In this document: positions 27,570-37,664 of the stretch, piece after piece
How the letters are laid out: the number at the start of each line of letters is the position of its first letter
Position numbering within the stretch: position 1 is the first letter of the stretch
Assembly: GCA_965215015.1 (NCBI GenBank)
Contig: OZ244042.1
Location: forward strand, 2,848,001 to 2,912,000
Direction: 5' to 3'
Origin: Candidatus Poribacteria bacterium
GTDB taxonomy: Bacteria > Poribacteria > WGA-4E > PCPOR2b
DNA: 64,000 nt
Made by a program: the position numbers and the translations under genes
Notes under the pieces: model-generated
What the model was told of the DNA's origin: nothing
What the model saw: the letters and a program-made list of their open reading frames with translations, nothing else
Database searches by the model: none

Positions 27570-28772
27570 ATGCAAGTCAGCCGGCAACAACTTATGGACG
27601 AGGGCTACAACATCTTGAGTAACGTGGTTCCTCCGGATCAGCTTCAACCGCTGCGCAATAGTATTGAGCACATGGTCAATCGGAGAAAGGAACTCTCTGT
27701 TCAGCGGCGTACTCCCGACCAACCACCGGGGGGTGAATGGGCGGCGAGTGGTCAACCACGATTGAGATTTTCCACAGATTGCGACAGCGAATCTGCCAAC
27801 GTCATCGAATTCTTGCTTCACGAAAATACCTTGGGTGTTGCCCAACAACTGATGGATACGGAAGATGTCGTACCACACAATCTTGCTTGCATCTGTAGTG
27901 CGACCGCCGGTGAGACCGGCCCGGCGAAGTGGCACCGCGATGTTGGTCCGGGAGAACCCGCCCCGTTGCGTGGCATGATTTCCAATATGCGGCACCACGG
28001 TCCCAGCTACCTCCAATGGAACATTGCCCTCTATGACGACAGCGTATTTTGGATTGTCCCCGGCAGTCACCGCCGAGTCAACACCGATGAAGAAGATTGG
28101 CAATTGACTGAAAACGCGTCGGTCCCGCTGCCCGGCAGTATGCCTGTTGAACTCAACGCCGGCGATGGGGTTGTGTACACCCACCTATTGCTGCACTGGG
28201 GAAGTTACTACAGTAGCAAAATGCGACGGACACTGCATCCCGGTTACCGTCCTTTGCGCTTCTCCTCCTTTCCCAACGTTCACTGGCGACATTGGGAACC
28301 GGGTTTTTATCACTATCTTCCGGACACTATAAGGACACAATTTGAGGTGTGGGACGCGCTCTTCTTTGCAGAGTTTGATCTGGTTGCAAAGATCTTCCAT
28401 GCAATCATAAACAAAGATGTTGGCGCATTTGAAGCGGGGCTAGACCAACTGCATCCATCGCCATACGACCGAATAGTCTGCGTCGTTATGCTCTCAAAAT
28501 TGAGTCGGACGTTGTATCGACTTAAACACACGGATACCCCACCTGATTCACTCTGGAGTAACGGTCGAGACATCGTCTACCTCGGAACCCACTTCACCAC
28601 TGAACAAACGGAAATCCTGTGGAAGCGGTTTGGTACACTTGATAAAAAATTGAAGAACTCCGATCAGGAAGCCCACCCTGGTTTCCAGCGGAGTATGTCA
28701 ATATACAATTCCGACAACATGCCTGCGGCTTTAGAGGTTGCAGACTTTATCAATAGTTGGAATAACGCCTAA
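27570..28772 (+). CDS. PhyH-family dioxygenase with a C-terminal extension
   Basis: WHRD, IVPGSH and LLHWG; paralog of 18257..19477. Confidence 0.9.
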   Translation: MQVSRQQLMDEGYNILSNVVPPDQLQPLRNSIEHMVNRRKELSVQRRTPDQPPGGEWAASGQPRLRFSTDCDSESANVIEFLLHENTLGVAQQLMDTEDVVPHNLACICSATAGETGPAKWHRDVGPGEPAPLRGMISNMRHHGPSYLQWNIALYDDSVFWIVPGSHRRVNTDEEDWQLTENASVPLPGSMPVELNAGDGVVYTHLLLHWGSYYSSKMRRTLHPGYRPLRFSSFPNVHWRHWEPGFYHYLPDTIRTQFEVWDALFFAEFDLVAKIFHAIINKDVGAFEAGLDQLHPSPYDRIVCVVMLSKLSRTLYRLKHTDTPPDSLWSNGRDIVYLGTHFTTEQTEILWKRFGTLDKKLKNSDQEAHPGFQRSMSIYNSDNMPAALEVADFINSWNNA

Positions 28773-28815
28773 TCTACAAACGAGTATTCACATTCTACCT
28801 CAAAGGAGGCACCCT

Positions 28816-29619
28816 ATGCCGAAGTTCCGCCTCACTCCAGAACAACTCCGTTTTATGGATACATTCGGGTATCTCCATTTCCCCGGATTTCTCGATGACT
28901 GCGTCGATCAGATTATTGAGGCTTTTGAACAGGTCTGGGTTGACCTGAACGTAGATCACCCCGAAACGAAACGCACATTCATCGTACCGTTCATCGGTCA
29001 AAGCGAATACCTCAGTTCCCTCCTCGACGATGACCGGATTGATGGAATCTTCGCTAGTCTATTGGGCGAGGATTACACCTATCTCGGCAGCGATGGCAAT
29101 TTCTACAGTGGGGATACCGGTTGGCATTCCGACGGCGGTTGGCCTCGTCCTGTCCGATATTATAAGATGGCGTTTTACCTTGACCCACTGACCGCGGGCA
29201 CCGGGGCAGTGCGTTTCATTCCCGGCAGCCACAGATATGGAGATTTATATGCCGAGACAGTCCAACAAAACATCACCAGTTTGGAAGAAATCTACGCGCT
29301 CGATGGACCTTCAGTCCCTGCGGTCGCTCTCGAATCGAACCCGGGGGACCTAGTCATTTTCAATCAAGGTTTAAAGCATAGCTCATGGGGTGGTGGCACA
29401 CAACGACGCATGTTCACGATTAACTGCGGGTATCGATACAAAGAAGATGAGATAGACCTTCTACGCAAAGAACTTGACCTTGTATCGCGTTTCGGGGAGG
29501 GCAAGGTCTATGGGGACAAGATGATCGCAACGGCGGGAGCTGATCGGATGGTACATCTTGAACAGGCTTTGGTGCTCGCCCCAAATGGTGTCTGGACTGT
29601 CTCGGAAATGACAGGGTAG
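28816..29619 (+). CDS. PhyH-family dioxygenase
   Basis: FMDTFGY, WHSD, FIPGSH and LKHSS; AAGGAGG RBS. Confidence 0.9.
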   Translation: MPKFRLTPEQLRFMDTFGYLHFPGFLDDCVDQIIEAFEQVWVDLNVDHPETKRTFIVPFIGQSEYLSSLLDDDRIDGIFASLLGEDYTYLGSDGNFYSGDTGWHSDGGWPRPVRYYKMAFYLDPLTAGTGAVRFIPGSHRYGDLYAETVQQNITSLEEIYALDGPSVPAVALESNPGDLVIFNQGLKHSSWGGGTQRRMFTINCGYRYKEDEIDLLRKELDLVSRFGEGKVYGDKMIATAGADRMVHLEQALVLAPNGVWTVSEMTG

Positions 29620-29717
29620 GGAGGTCAAGAAAAGGGTTAGGGTCGATTGTAACTTGGGTTCAATAATACAAAATTGCTATAAATGCTTGACCCCGCGTGA
29701 GATAGTCTATACCCTCT

Positions 29718-30071
29718 ATGGCAATGATAGATTCATCCCTCCCAAAAGTAGAGCAGCAGCGGGTCGAAGGTGTCACCGTTAAATCCCTCCTCATCGCCTC
29801 TCTTCTCATCCCAATTAACTGCTACTGGGTCATTGAGATGGAGGTTATCCGGTACTCTGGTCATCCGGTCACCATCTCCCTCTTCTTCAATGTCGTTTTC
29901 AGTCTTTTTGTAGTTATCGGTGTCAACCCGTTTCTTAAGTGGTTTTCGCCCCGTTCTACACTGAATCAGGGAGAACTTATCATCGTCTACCTGATGCTGT
30001 CTATTGCGTCTGGCATCACGGGGCACGACATGCTCGAAATCCTCGTGCCGATGTTTTTGACATGGCTATGA
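29718..30071 (+). pseudogene. 5' part of a split polytopic membrane protein gene (DUF6785/DUF6784-like)
   Basis: TM-rich N-terminus (...LNQGELIIVYLMLSIAS...) ending abruptly. The matching 3' part is at 38325..39596. Confidence 0.7.
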
Positions 30072-30120
30072 TTTCAAAAGAAACTTCATAATTACAAACA
30101 ACGGGGTTTATCATTGGTAC

Positions 30121-30164
30121 AAAAAAAACTGCTAAATGCCTCGTTGCGAGGAGGCATTTAGCAG
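30121..30164 (-). terminator. Intrinsic terminator of the giant-protein gene
   Basis: 14-bp perfect stem ctgctaaatgcctc/gaggcatttagcag followed by T8 on the minus strand. Confidence 0.9.
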
Positions 30165-30227
30165 CTATATCTAAGTCAGGCAGATGCCCCCCCCTACGAA
30201 TGACTTGGTAGGAGAGGCCTCACCAGG

Positions 30228-33200
30228 TTATTTCAGAATCAGCATCTTACGGGTTGCCGAGAATTCTCCTGCACTGAGGCTGTAGAAGTAGATGCCACTG
30301 GCAACCTGTTCACCGAAACGGTTTCGCCCGTCCCAGTAGATGGCTTTGGCTCTCGACTCATAGACCGCCGCGGTCTGATGCCCCATATCAAGGGTTCGCA
30401 CCACCTGACCCGCGGTATCATAAATCGTCAAGACCACATCCGCATCCGATGCCAACCGATACGGTATCCAGGTCTCTGGGTTGAACGGATTCGGATAGTT
30501 CCGAAGTAGCTCCGTCTCTGACGGAATCTCATAGGCGATGAGGTCTGCCAACTCAATCCGAGTGGCTTTCACATCGTCAACCGTAACGATATGCCGCACG
30601 GGTTGGACACCGATTAACGGACTTGGGGAATCTGCCGAAATCTCGAGGACATCGCCCACCTGTGCCGCATGACCGACCTTCAGGTCAACAAAGGTCATGT
30701 TGTAACCTGTTGCTGTCTCAGCAGAGGTCACCCGGTTGAGTGCGGCTTTGGTGGACAGATTCTTCACCTTGACCCGGAATCCGTCCTGCACGACTCCGGT
30801 GGTCTCATCAACGACCGAACCGTTGACATCAAGGACGGGGGTTTGACCGGCAACCTGATGGGTAACCAAGCCGCTAGGGGCAGCCCCCGTTGTGTCCTGA
30901 CTCCAACCTGTTCCGAGAAGGATAGCCGTTGCATCGGTGGTCGCTGTGACCAGATAGGCAGCATCGCCCATGACCGGTTCATCGTTTACATCCTCGACCA
31001 GTCCATCATTTACATCCGCTGCCGCTGCAACGGACTTGTATCCCTCCGCGGTTAAAACAACGACACTGACGACAACGCCGCGCGCAAAGAGCCCTGCAAT
31101 GTCGCTGACATTGTTCAGTCTCGCATCGTTAACGGGTAGGCCGATGAAGTTAGAACCGGCGGTGAGATTAAGGGTTGATGCGCCGTCGTCCCAGGCATAC
31201 CCGGTGAAAGTCACCGTCGCTTCAGCACTCATTGAAAGGAGGATACCCAGGTCTGCGGTAATCGGTACATCGTCGCTGCGACTATTCCATAAATCGGTCG
31301 CCCTATCATAGACAATGAGCAGATTGGCGTTGCTGCCAAGCATCTCGCGGAGGTCGCCTACCGTGTCGAGCCCCTCAACTGCCAACGGGACGTGGAACAG
31401 ACTGATCCCTGCCGGTATCTGTGAGGTATAGGACAGTTTGTTATCCAACGTAACCATCGCCGTGCCGCTGCCGCTGTTGCCTGCGGCGTCGATCGCGGTT
31501 ATGGTGATGGTTTTGGCCCCGTTGAGGGCTGTGTTAGCTTCACTGACAACGACTGAGGCACTATACGAACCATCGGCCCCCATCGTCAGAGCGACCGCAT
31601 CGGTTTGGGTGGTATCTAACATGGAGACATCCGCCATCACGGAGGTGATGCTGCTCGCGTCGGAGACGGTCGCAGAGATTTCCACCGACTCACCGTCGGC
31701 AACGGTCTCAGGAGACGCCATCGCCATCACGGTCGGCATCGTGCTGTCAAGTGTCAACGCATTGGACACCATCGCACTTTGACCATTCAGACTGACAGAC
31801 ACATCATACATACCATCGGGGTGCTGAACGACATCGGCGTGCGGATCAGCGACGACGGTAAACGACCCGCTGTAGGCACCGCTCGATACTTCTGCCATCG
31901 ACCGGTCGGTGACAATCGAACCGACGGAGAACATCACGGTTCGGCCTGCCGTGCCCATCGCACTGACGGTGACGGTATCACCCGCCCTCGCGAGTGCCGG
32001 TTCAATCGTGACGCTGCCTTCGGTAATGGCTATGACAGAGGTTGTGACCGTCACCGGATGGCTTGCCATCGTCAGTCCCGGTGCAGTCGCGGTAATCGTT
32101 GCCATCCCGGGAGTCGAATCTTGATAGTAGACCATCGCTGAGACGTCGCCGCCTGCAACGGTCACGGTGATGCTTTCGGTTCCCGTCCCTTCAGCGAGCT
32201 CAGAGAAGGTGCCTGCGGAGCTGGAGGTCAGGGTGACCGCCACATCGGACGCCATCGCTACCTCATGCCCCTCGGCATCTCTCAATCCAACGGTGATACC
32301 TAACGGCATCGCCCCGTCGTCGGCAGAAACCGTGCCGGCACTGCTGAGTGTCAGTTGGCTCGGTGTCGAGGCTTGGACGCGGACCGACACGTTGGAATCT
32401 ACCGGTCGCCCATCAAAAAGCATGACGAAGTTAGAGACCTCACGGTTGGCTGGGGCGTCGGCATTGTGGTAGGTGAAGCTGATTTCATCCCCCGCTTCGA
32501 CCTCAAGCCCCCCTAATTTCACCCGCGCCACCATGTCTCGACCGACTGGTGCCAGTTTCTCGACACTCACCGTCGTCGTAACCCCCATATGCCGGTGTGC
32601 AACGGTGTAGGTTCCCTTATTTTCAGGGTCCATCGCCGCACTGCTCGGCGCAGTCCACCCGGGGGGCACCTGCACCCGGAACTCCCGCGGCGCGTTGACG
32701 AGGCCGACAGCAGTGTAGGTAAAGGTCAGGTTCACCCCTGTCGCACCGGCGTCTACAATCCTCGGTGCAACCTCACCGGAACCGGCACCCTGTCTCGCCT
32801 CGTCGACGTCGACGGTCAGCATGGTCTCATCGCCGGAGACATCGTCAAAATCATCGGCTGCATCGCCCCCGTGGACTCCAACCGCAAAGGCGACACCGGT
32901 GCCCACGTTGGGCTGCACATCACCTGTATAGACAAAGGTCACCGTCCCGTTGGCACTCAAGTTGACCCCTTCGACGATAGCCATTTGACCACTAAAGGTG
33001 GGGGCGATTGCGGGTGTAATCGTCACCGTATCCGCCGTCGGTGCAGACCAACCGGCGGGGACCGCGAGCCGCACCTTGCCACCGACCATTTGACCGGCTG
33101 CCGTGTAGGTCACGGTCAGCTCCCTGCCGGTATCACCGGTATGAAGCGTACCCTCCCCATCGGTCACAGCAATGACCGCTTTGCCTTTACCACTGGCTTG

Positions 33201-36200
33201 CGGGTTGACTGTGACGGTCGGCTGCGTTCTAATCGGTGCCAGGTTACCGCTTTCACCGCCCCGAACCGCAAACCGAAACGCATCAACCCCGGTCGTGGCA
33301 GACGCTACCGCGCGCCCGGCATCGGTCGCACCGTAGGTAATCGTTATCTCATTGGCTTTGTCAAGCGAAAAGATAGGCACGGTGACAGAGAATCTATCAT
33401 CGTCCGTGACGCTGCCAAGCCCCACGCCATCCACCTCAGTATACCCCGGCAGACTGACCTCTTCGACCTGCGGTTGACTCCAGCTCGACGGGACGGTGAA
33501 TTTCAGCTCCCCATCTTCAATTGTCTGACTCGGTTTGTAGGTAAACACCAATACCACATCGTCGGACGCCGCACGGACGGAGGAGGTATCCAATGTAACC
33601 GTTCCCGTCCCGTCCAATGCGCTCGTCACTTTGACTTGTAAGATACCGGCGGCATCTTTATAAAGAAACTGGGTCTTGTCCGGGTTTCTTATCTTCTCCC
33701 GGCCGGTGTGTTCCAAGGTGCTGGTAATAGCCTCGAAAACGCCGTCGCCGTCCCCGTCGGATCTAATCACGAACTGGGCGGTGCCAACATTGTCCTGGAC
33801 CTCCGCACCGACGTCAGAACCGGTGCCACCCCCATAGATAAATCGGAAACTCCCCCCTTCGGCAAGCGTATCGATGGTCGCTATCGCATAGCGGTCGGCT
33901 ATCTCCACGGCGGAGACTCCCGCACCGCGCGTCGTCACATAATTCCGCTTGGTCGGATCCTCCTGCAGCGACCCCCAACCGTCTGGAATTTCAAGGCTCA
34001 CGGCACCGCCGTCCATCGTGCCGGCTGCGGTGAACTCCACCTCAATCGCCCGATTGCTACTACCCGCCTCAATCGACCCCGGCGACAACCGTGCTGTCCC
34101 CGTACCGTCTTCGACGTTGCTCAGCGTGACGGTGGCGGTTCCAGCGGTCCGGGTGCTGGCACCCGATGACGTTCTAAAGGTGCCGGACACTTGGACTGCA
34201 CCGGCGGCATGATGTAAGACTGCTTTACTATCATCGGCAGCACCATACGTAATCGTGACGGATTCATCGACATCGAGCCGACCGATTGCAACGGTGATGG
34301 TGCGACCGGAGATGGTTATCTGGTCCGCACCAATACCCCCGGCACCCCCGCTCTTTAGGGCCTCGCCGGAGACGGACACCTCACCGGCAGTCGCGTCTGC
34401 CGTGGTTGGTTTACTGCCCAAAGTGGGCGGGATGGTCAACCGCACCTCACCGTCCCGTATGGGGGTCGAATCCGCTATAAACTTAAACTTGATAGTCGCT
34501 TTACTTCCGGCACGGAAAGTGTTCTCGCCATCAACTTCAAATCGAACCGCATCGCCTGAGGTCTTCACAACCGAGAGGATGGGGCGATCATCAATGTCGG
34601 TCCCCTGGCCCGCCTGAAGTGGTTCATCATCAACGTTCACCTTCCAGAGATACTCGTCGGCTTCTGCGAGGATATTGACCCTGCGGATTCTGGCGGTCAC
34701 GGTTTTCCCTTTTTCAAGGTCGAGCCCGGACCACTCAATCTTGTTTCCATCAGCGTTTACCACTAACCCTTCAGAACCCGAAACATACCCATAGTCCGTC
34801 GAGGTGTCGGTTTGGAGTTTCTGATCATCATCGAGAACAATACCATCCGGCTCAATCGTTAGCGTGGCATTCTCAAGATCGGTATAGGCTTCATACGTCA
34901 GGGTGATATCTCTCCGTTGAGAACCCGCCTCCACAGACGCTGGTACCAAGTCCAACTTACCAGAACCCGCCACATCAACCCACTCCCCACCAATGATTTC
35001 TTCTACATGAGCTCCTAGCCTTGTTCTGCGCGCTATAGAGAACCAGGCAGCACCGGTAACAACGGTCCTCGCGGTGATACTCGGGGCGATAAAATCATCA
35101 CCGGCACCCGTCCCGGGACCAATCCCCTCCTCACGAGTATACGAAACAATAATTTGCTGACCCTTATCAAGCGTAATGGAGTTAATTTTTAGCTTCGCGG
35201 GATCCGTGGCCGTACCGAGCGTAACAGACAAATCATCTTGAGTTGGATCGTCTGCCCCGCCCCTGCCTCTCACAGTAAAATCAGTCTTATCAAACGTGTC
35301 CATAGGCCCTAAATGTGCCATATCTACGCCTTCGGGGCCAAATAATAACTCTAGGTCACTATCGTGCATCGGCCCAGGAGCTGTGAAGGTGAGAGTGAAT
35401 TCGGTATTTGTCTCACCCGAAAATACCCGCCCCGGTTCAATTGTCAGCTTTCTTTTGAGGGAGTCACGGGCACCCCCTCCTATAATATTACCAACTCTGA
35501 CCTTGGGCCGACTGAACAGACCAAGCACATCATTCCGGGTACTCTCACTACATAGGAATTCATAGGTCTCATAAGCAGTACCCCGGTTGTCTGTAGCAGG
35601 TAGACGAGAAGGAACCGGAGTCGTTACATCACCCAATTGGATGATGAGGTATCTATCAACCCGCTGGGGCCCCCACGCCGAATCGAGGGCGACGGTTATC
35701 CGCTTGTCCGCTTCAAAGTCCACCCTACTCGTATCAGTACCTGAGACGGTGCCATCCTTATCCGTTTTGTATATTTCTGTGTCACCATCCATGACCGATA
35801 GAAACTTGTTAGACACCTCCCAACCGGATGGAAACGCTATCCGAAAGCGGCCACCAGACAGGTTCTCAGCCGTTGGTCTGTAGGTAAATTCCAGAACGTT
35901 CCGAAGACTGCCAGCAGCAAGCGGATACGTGCTGGCCGCCTCATCCGCATCAGTGGCAACAGTAATATACGGAGGCTCATCGGCAGCCGCTGCTCGGAAA
36001 TCCCAACCTACTTGTACTTGTACACTTGGAGCCCGGACTGTTACATAAAAGTTGGCATCACTGGGGGTGCCTGTTTGTCTCCTGTTTTCAATATATTGGG
36101 TAGTACTAACACCAGCGGGCCTCCCTGCAGCTCCATGAGGGCCATATACGGGCGCACGGTTCTCGGGACTATATATCTCGTTGCGTGAGTTGGCCGCAAG

Positions 36201-37163
36201 TGCCGCAAAGTCTGCTGGTGTTCTTACAATAAAATGATGGAAGCGGGACGGGAGATTTTGTATATCTAGGGACGTCGTGTCCAGCTCCCTCCAGCCGTCG
36301 TCTTCGGTCTCGACCTCGTAGCTGAATGTATAGGTCGCATCATCGGTATTGACAGGGAAACGGACCTTATAGGTGAGTAGGTAGTGAACTCTTACTACCG
36401 GAGCATCCATTTTATGGTCATTATTTCTTTGATCCGCAGCTTCACCCAAAGCTTCCAAATCGTCAACTGATTGTCTGATTGTTATCCTATTGTCTATAAC
36501 GAATATACCCTTCTGATTCTGATCGCTTAGGGCAAGCGGATCCTCACTATAATCCATCTCATATGCATAGGGGTTCTCCGCGAACCAGCCCGTATGATAG
36601 CCTCGTGAAATCGCGATTTCATTGCCGTAAATCACCCCATCACCTTCATCACCCGGTGGAGTGCCGCGCGACCTCCATAAACGACCAGGCCGTACATTGG
36701 TGTGATCCCTGGCTAGGGTGTATCTAGGTAGATAGTCAACCGCGCCCGGGAACCAACCATCGACTACATTTGGTGGAGGAGTTGATGAACTAAGTTCATC
36801 GTTGCTATAACTTGTGTGGAAAGCACGCACCCGGACGGACAGGGTGCCTTTCGGGTCCACCAACTCAACCTCGGGTGGGATGTCCAACCGAAACCCTTTC
36901 TTACCGTCGTCGTTGTGCGTTGTATAAAGAGCTCTCATCCAGTAAGTGGAGCCAGGCTCAATAGCGTCTAGTGGAATTATCGTACCTGATAGTGGAGCCT
37001 CCTCATCGGCCCCGCGGATCGGGTGAAATTGGAAACTTATCAGGTCCGAAAATATCAAACCTTGCGGCGCGGCCTCGTTAATAAACAACCCCACAAACAA
37101 CACCAAACCGATAACAAAAAATACGCTTAATTTCCGAAAATTTACATTTCTTGGTTTAATCAC
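30228..37163 (-). CDS. Giant secreted/surface protein: signal peptide, about 8 tandem Ig-like repeats, C-terminal FlgD-Ig/T9SS-type sorting domain
   Basis: N-terminal signal peptide; recurring GxGxxxxxPxxVxAG...LxFTYxA...GxxxLxIPxGWxxP units; C-terminus TELLRNYPNPFNPETWIPYRL...WDGRN..GE.VASGIYFY...RKMLILK. Confidence 0.92.
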   Translation of the reverse strand: MIKPRNVNFRKLSVFFVIGLVLFVGLFINEAAPQGLIFSDLISFQFHPIRGADEEAPLSGTIIPLDAIEPGSTYWMRALYTTHNDDGKKGFRLDIPPEVELVDPKGTLSVRVRAFHTSYSNDELSSSTPPPNVVDGWFPGAVDYLPRYTLARDHTNVRPGRLWRSRGTPPGDEGDGVIYGNEIAISRGYHTGWFAENPYAYEMDYSEDPLALSDQNQKGIFVIDNRITIRQSVDDLEALGEAADQRNNDHKMDAPVVRVHYLLTYKVRFPVNTDDATYTFSYEVETEDDGWRELDTTSLDIQNLPSRFHHFIVRTPADFAALAANSRNEIYSPENRAPVYGPHGAAGRPAGVSTTQYIENRRQTGTPSDANFYVTVRAPSVQVQVGWDFRAAAADEPPYITVATDADEAASTYPLAAGSLRNVLEFTYRPTAENLSGGRFRIAFPSGWEVSNKFLSVMDGDTEIYKTDKDGTVSGTDTSRVDFEADKRITVALDSAWGPQRVDRYLIIQLGDVTTPVPSRLPATDNRGTAYETYEFLCSESTRNDVLGLFSRPKVRVGNIIGGGARDSLKRKLTIEPGRVFSGETNTEFTLTFTAPGPMHDSDLELLFGPEGVDMAHLGPMDTFDKTDFTVRGRGGADDPTQDDLSVTLGTATDPAKLKINSITLDKGQQIIVSYTREEGIGPGTGAGDDFIAPSITARTVVTGAAWFSIARRTRLGAHVEEIIGGEWVDVAGSGKLDLVPASVEAGSQRRDITLTYEAYTDLENATLTIEPDGIVLDDDQKLQTDTSTDYGYVSGSEGLVVNADGNKIEWSGLDLEKGKTVTARIRRVNILAEADEYLWKVNVDDEPLQAGQGTDIDDRPILSVVKTSGDAVRFEVDGENTFRAGSKATIKFKFIADSTPIRDGEVRLTIPPTLGSKPTTADATAGEVSVSGEALKSGGAGGIGADQITISGRTITVAIGRLDVDESVTITYGAADDSKAVLHHAAGAVQVSGTFRTSSGASTRTAGTATVTLSNVEDGTGTARLSPGSIEAGSSNRAIEVEFTAAGTMDGGAVSLEIPDGWGSLQEDPTKRNYVTTRGAGVSAVEIADRYAIATIDTLAEGGSFRFIYGGGTGSDVGAEVQDNVGTAQFVIRSDGDGDGVFEAITSTLEHTGREKIRNPDKTQFLYKDAAGILQVKVTSALDGTGTVTLDTSSVRAASDDVVLVFTYKPSQTIEDGELKFTVPSSWSQPQVEEVSLPGYTEVDGVGLGSVTDDDRFSVTVPIFSLDKANEITITYGATDAGRAVASATTGVDAFRFAVRGGESGNLAPIRTQPTVTVNPQASGKGKAVIAVTDGEGTLHTGDTGRELTVTYTAAGQMVGGKVRLAVPAGWSAPTADTVTITPAIAPTFSGQMAIVEGVNLSANGTVTFVYTGDVQPNVGTGVAFAVGVHGGDAADDFDDVSGDETMLTVDVDEARQGAGSGEVAPRIVDAGATGVNLTFTYTAVGLVNAPREFRVQVPPGWTAPSSAAMDPENKGTYTVAHRHMGVTTTVSVEKLAPVGRDMVARVKLGGLEVEAGDEISFTYHNADAPANREVSNFVMLFDGRPVDSNVSVRVQASTPSQLTLSSAGTVSADDGAMPLGITVGLRDAEGHEVAMASDVAVTLTSSSAGTFSELAEGTGTESITVTVAGGDVSAMVYYQDSTPGMATITATAPGLTMASHPVTVTTSVIAITEGSVTIEPALARAGDTVTVSAMGTAGRTVMFSVGSIVTDRSMAEVSSGAYSGSFTVVADPHADVVQHPDGMYDVSVSLNGQSAMVSNALTLDSTMPTVMAMASPETVADGESVEISATVSDASSITSVMADVSMLDTTQTDAVALTMGADGSYSASVVVSEANTALNGAKTITITAIDAAGNSGSGTAMVTLDNKLSYTSQIPAGISLFHVPLAVEGLDTVGDLREMLGSNANLLIVYDRATDLWNSRSDDVPITADLGILLSMSAEATVTFTGYAWDDGASTLNLTAGSNFIGLPVNDARLNNVSDIAGLFARGVVVSVVVLTAEGYKSVAAAADVNDGLVEDVNDEPVMGDAAYLVTATTDATAILLGTGWSQDTTGAAPSGLVTHQVAGQTPVLDVNGSVVDETTGVVQDGFRVKVKNLSTKAALNRVTSAETATGYNMTFVDLKVGHAAQVGDVLEISADSPSPLIGVQPVRHIVTVDDVKATRIELADLIAYEIPSETELLRNYPNPFNPETWIPYRLASDADVVLTIYDTAGQVVRTLDMGHQTAAVYESRAKAIYWDGRNRFGEQVASGIYFYSLSAGEFSATRKMLILK

Positions 37164-37410
37164 AATAAAATCCTTTCGTGAAAAAATTTAATTTCAGATT
37201 AACTCAATAACAATAGTACCCTTTTCACGTCTTACAACCCCTACTGCAAAAGATAACGTTCTGCCTATTGGTCCTCTTGTCATTCATTAGGTCAATTATG
37301 CACCAAAACGTTGTTGAAGACAGAAAAGACTAATGGTGAAATAAAGGGTTTTGAATACCCAGTCCTGTATTATAATAGTATCGATAGAAAGGTTTGTCGA
37401 TCGCAATCGC
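37164..37410 (-). promoter_or_regulatory. Conserved promoter and long 5' leader (copy 2)
   Basis: Near-identical to 232..470; TCGACA-N17-TATTAT/TATAAT on the minus strand. Confidence 0.7.
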
Positions 37411-37424
37411 TCATTTTTTTTAGA

Positions 37425-37585
37425 GAATCTGTGGATAGAACCCCGTCTTTTAAGACGGGTATACAGATTGGCAAAGGGTATTCAGTCAAACAACGGTTGA
37501 AATTGTCAGATTGTTAGGCTCTTGAATCCATCAGGCTATCAAGTCCCTAACAATCGCAAAATGGGGTATACTTGTTTTGTCTTTA
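37425..37585 (+). mobile_element. IS200/IS605-like left-end remnant
   Basis: Hairpin cccgtctt/aagacggg, the gattgttagg...cctaacaatc stem and aaatggggtatacttgtYttgtcttt. The last two are shared with the element at 3610-3967. Confidence 0.55.
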
Positions 37586-37664
37586 GCCGGCGATCATCGC
37601 TTATTTCCGTGAGCAAGAGGGGCAGCAGGAGAATGGGGAGAGGGTCAGTGAAAAGCAATCAGGA

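Noticed and set aside
27453-28184. 243-aa minus-strand ORF
   Set aside because: It is antisense to a well-supported PhyH gene and has no motifs.
30669-35883. Numerous plus-strand ORFs up to 350 aa opposite the giant gene
   Set aside because: They are antisense shadows of a codon-biased gene, with no RBS or recognisable motifs.
30228-37163. Diversity-generating retroelement target
   Set aside because: No reverse transcriptase and no template/variable repeat pair differing only at adenines was seen in the window.
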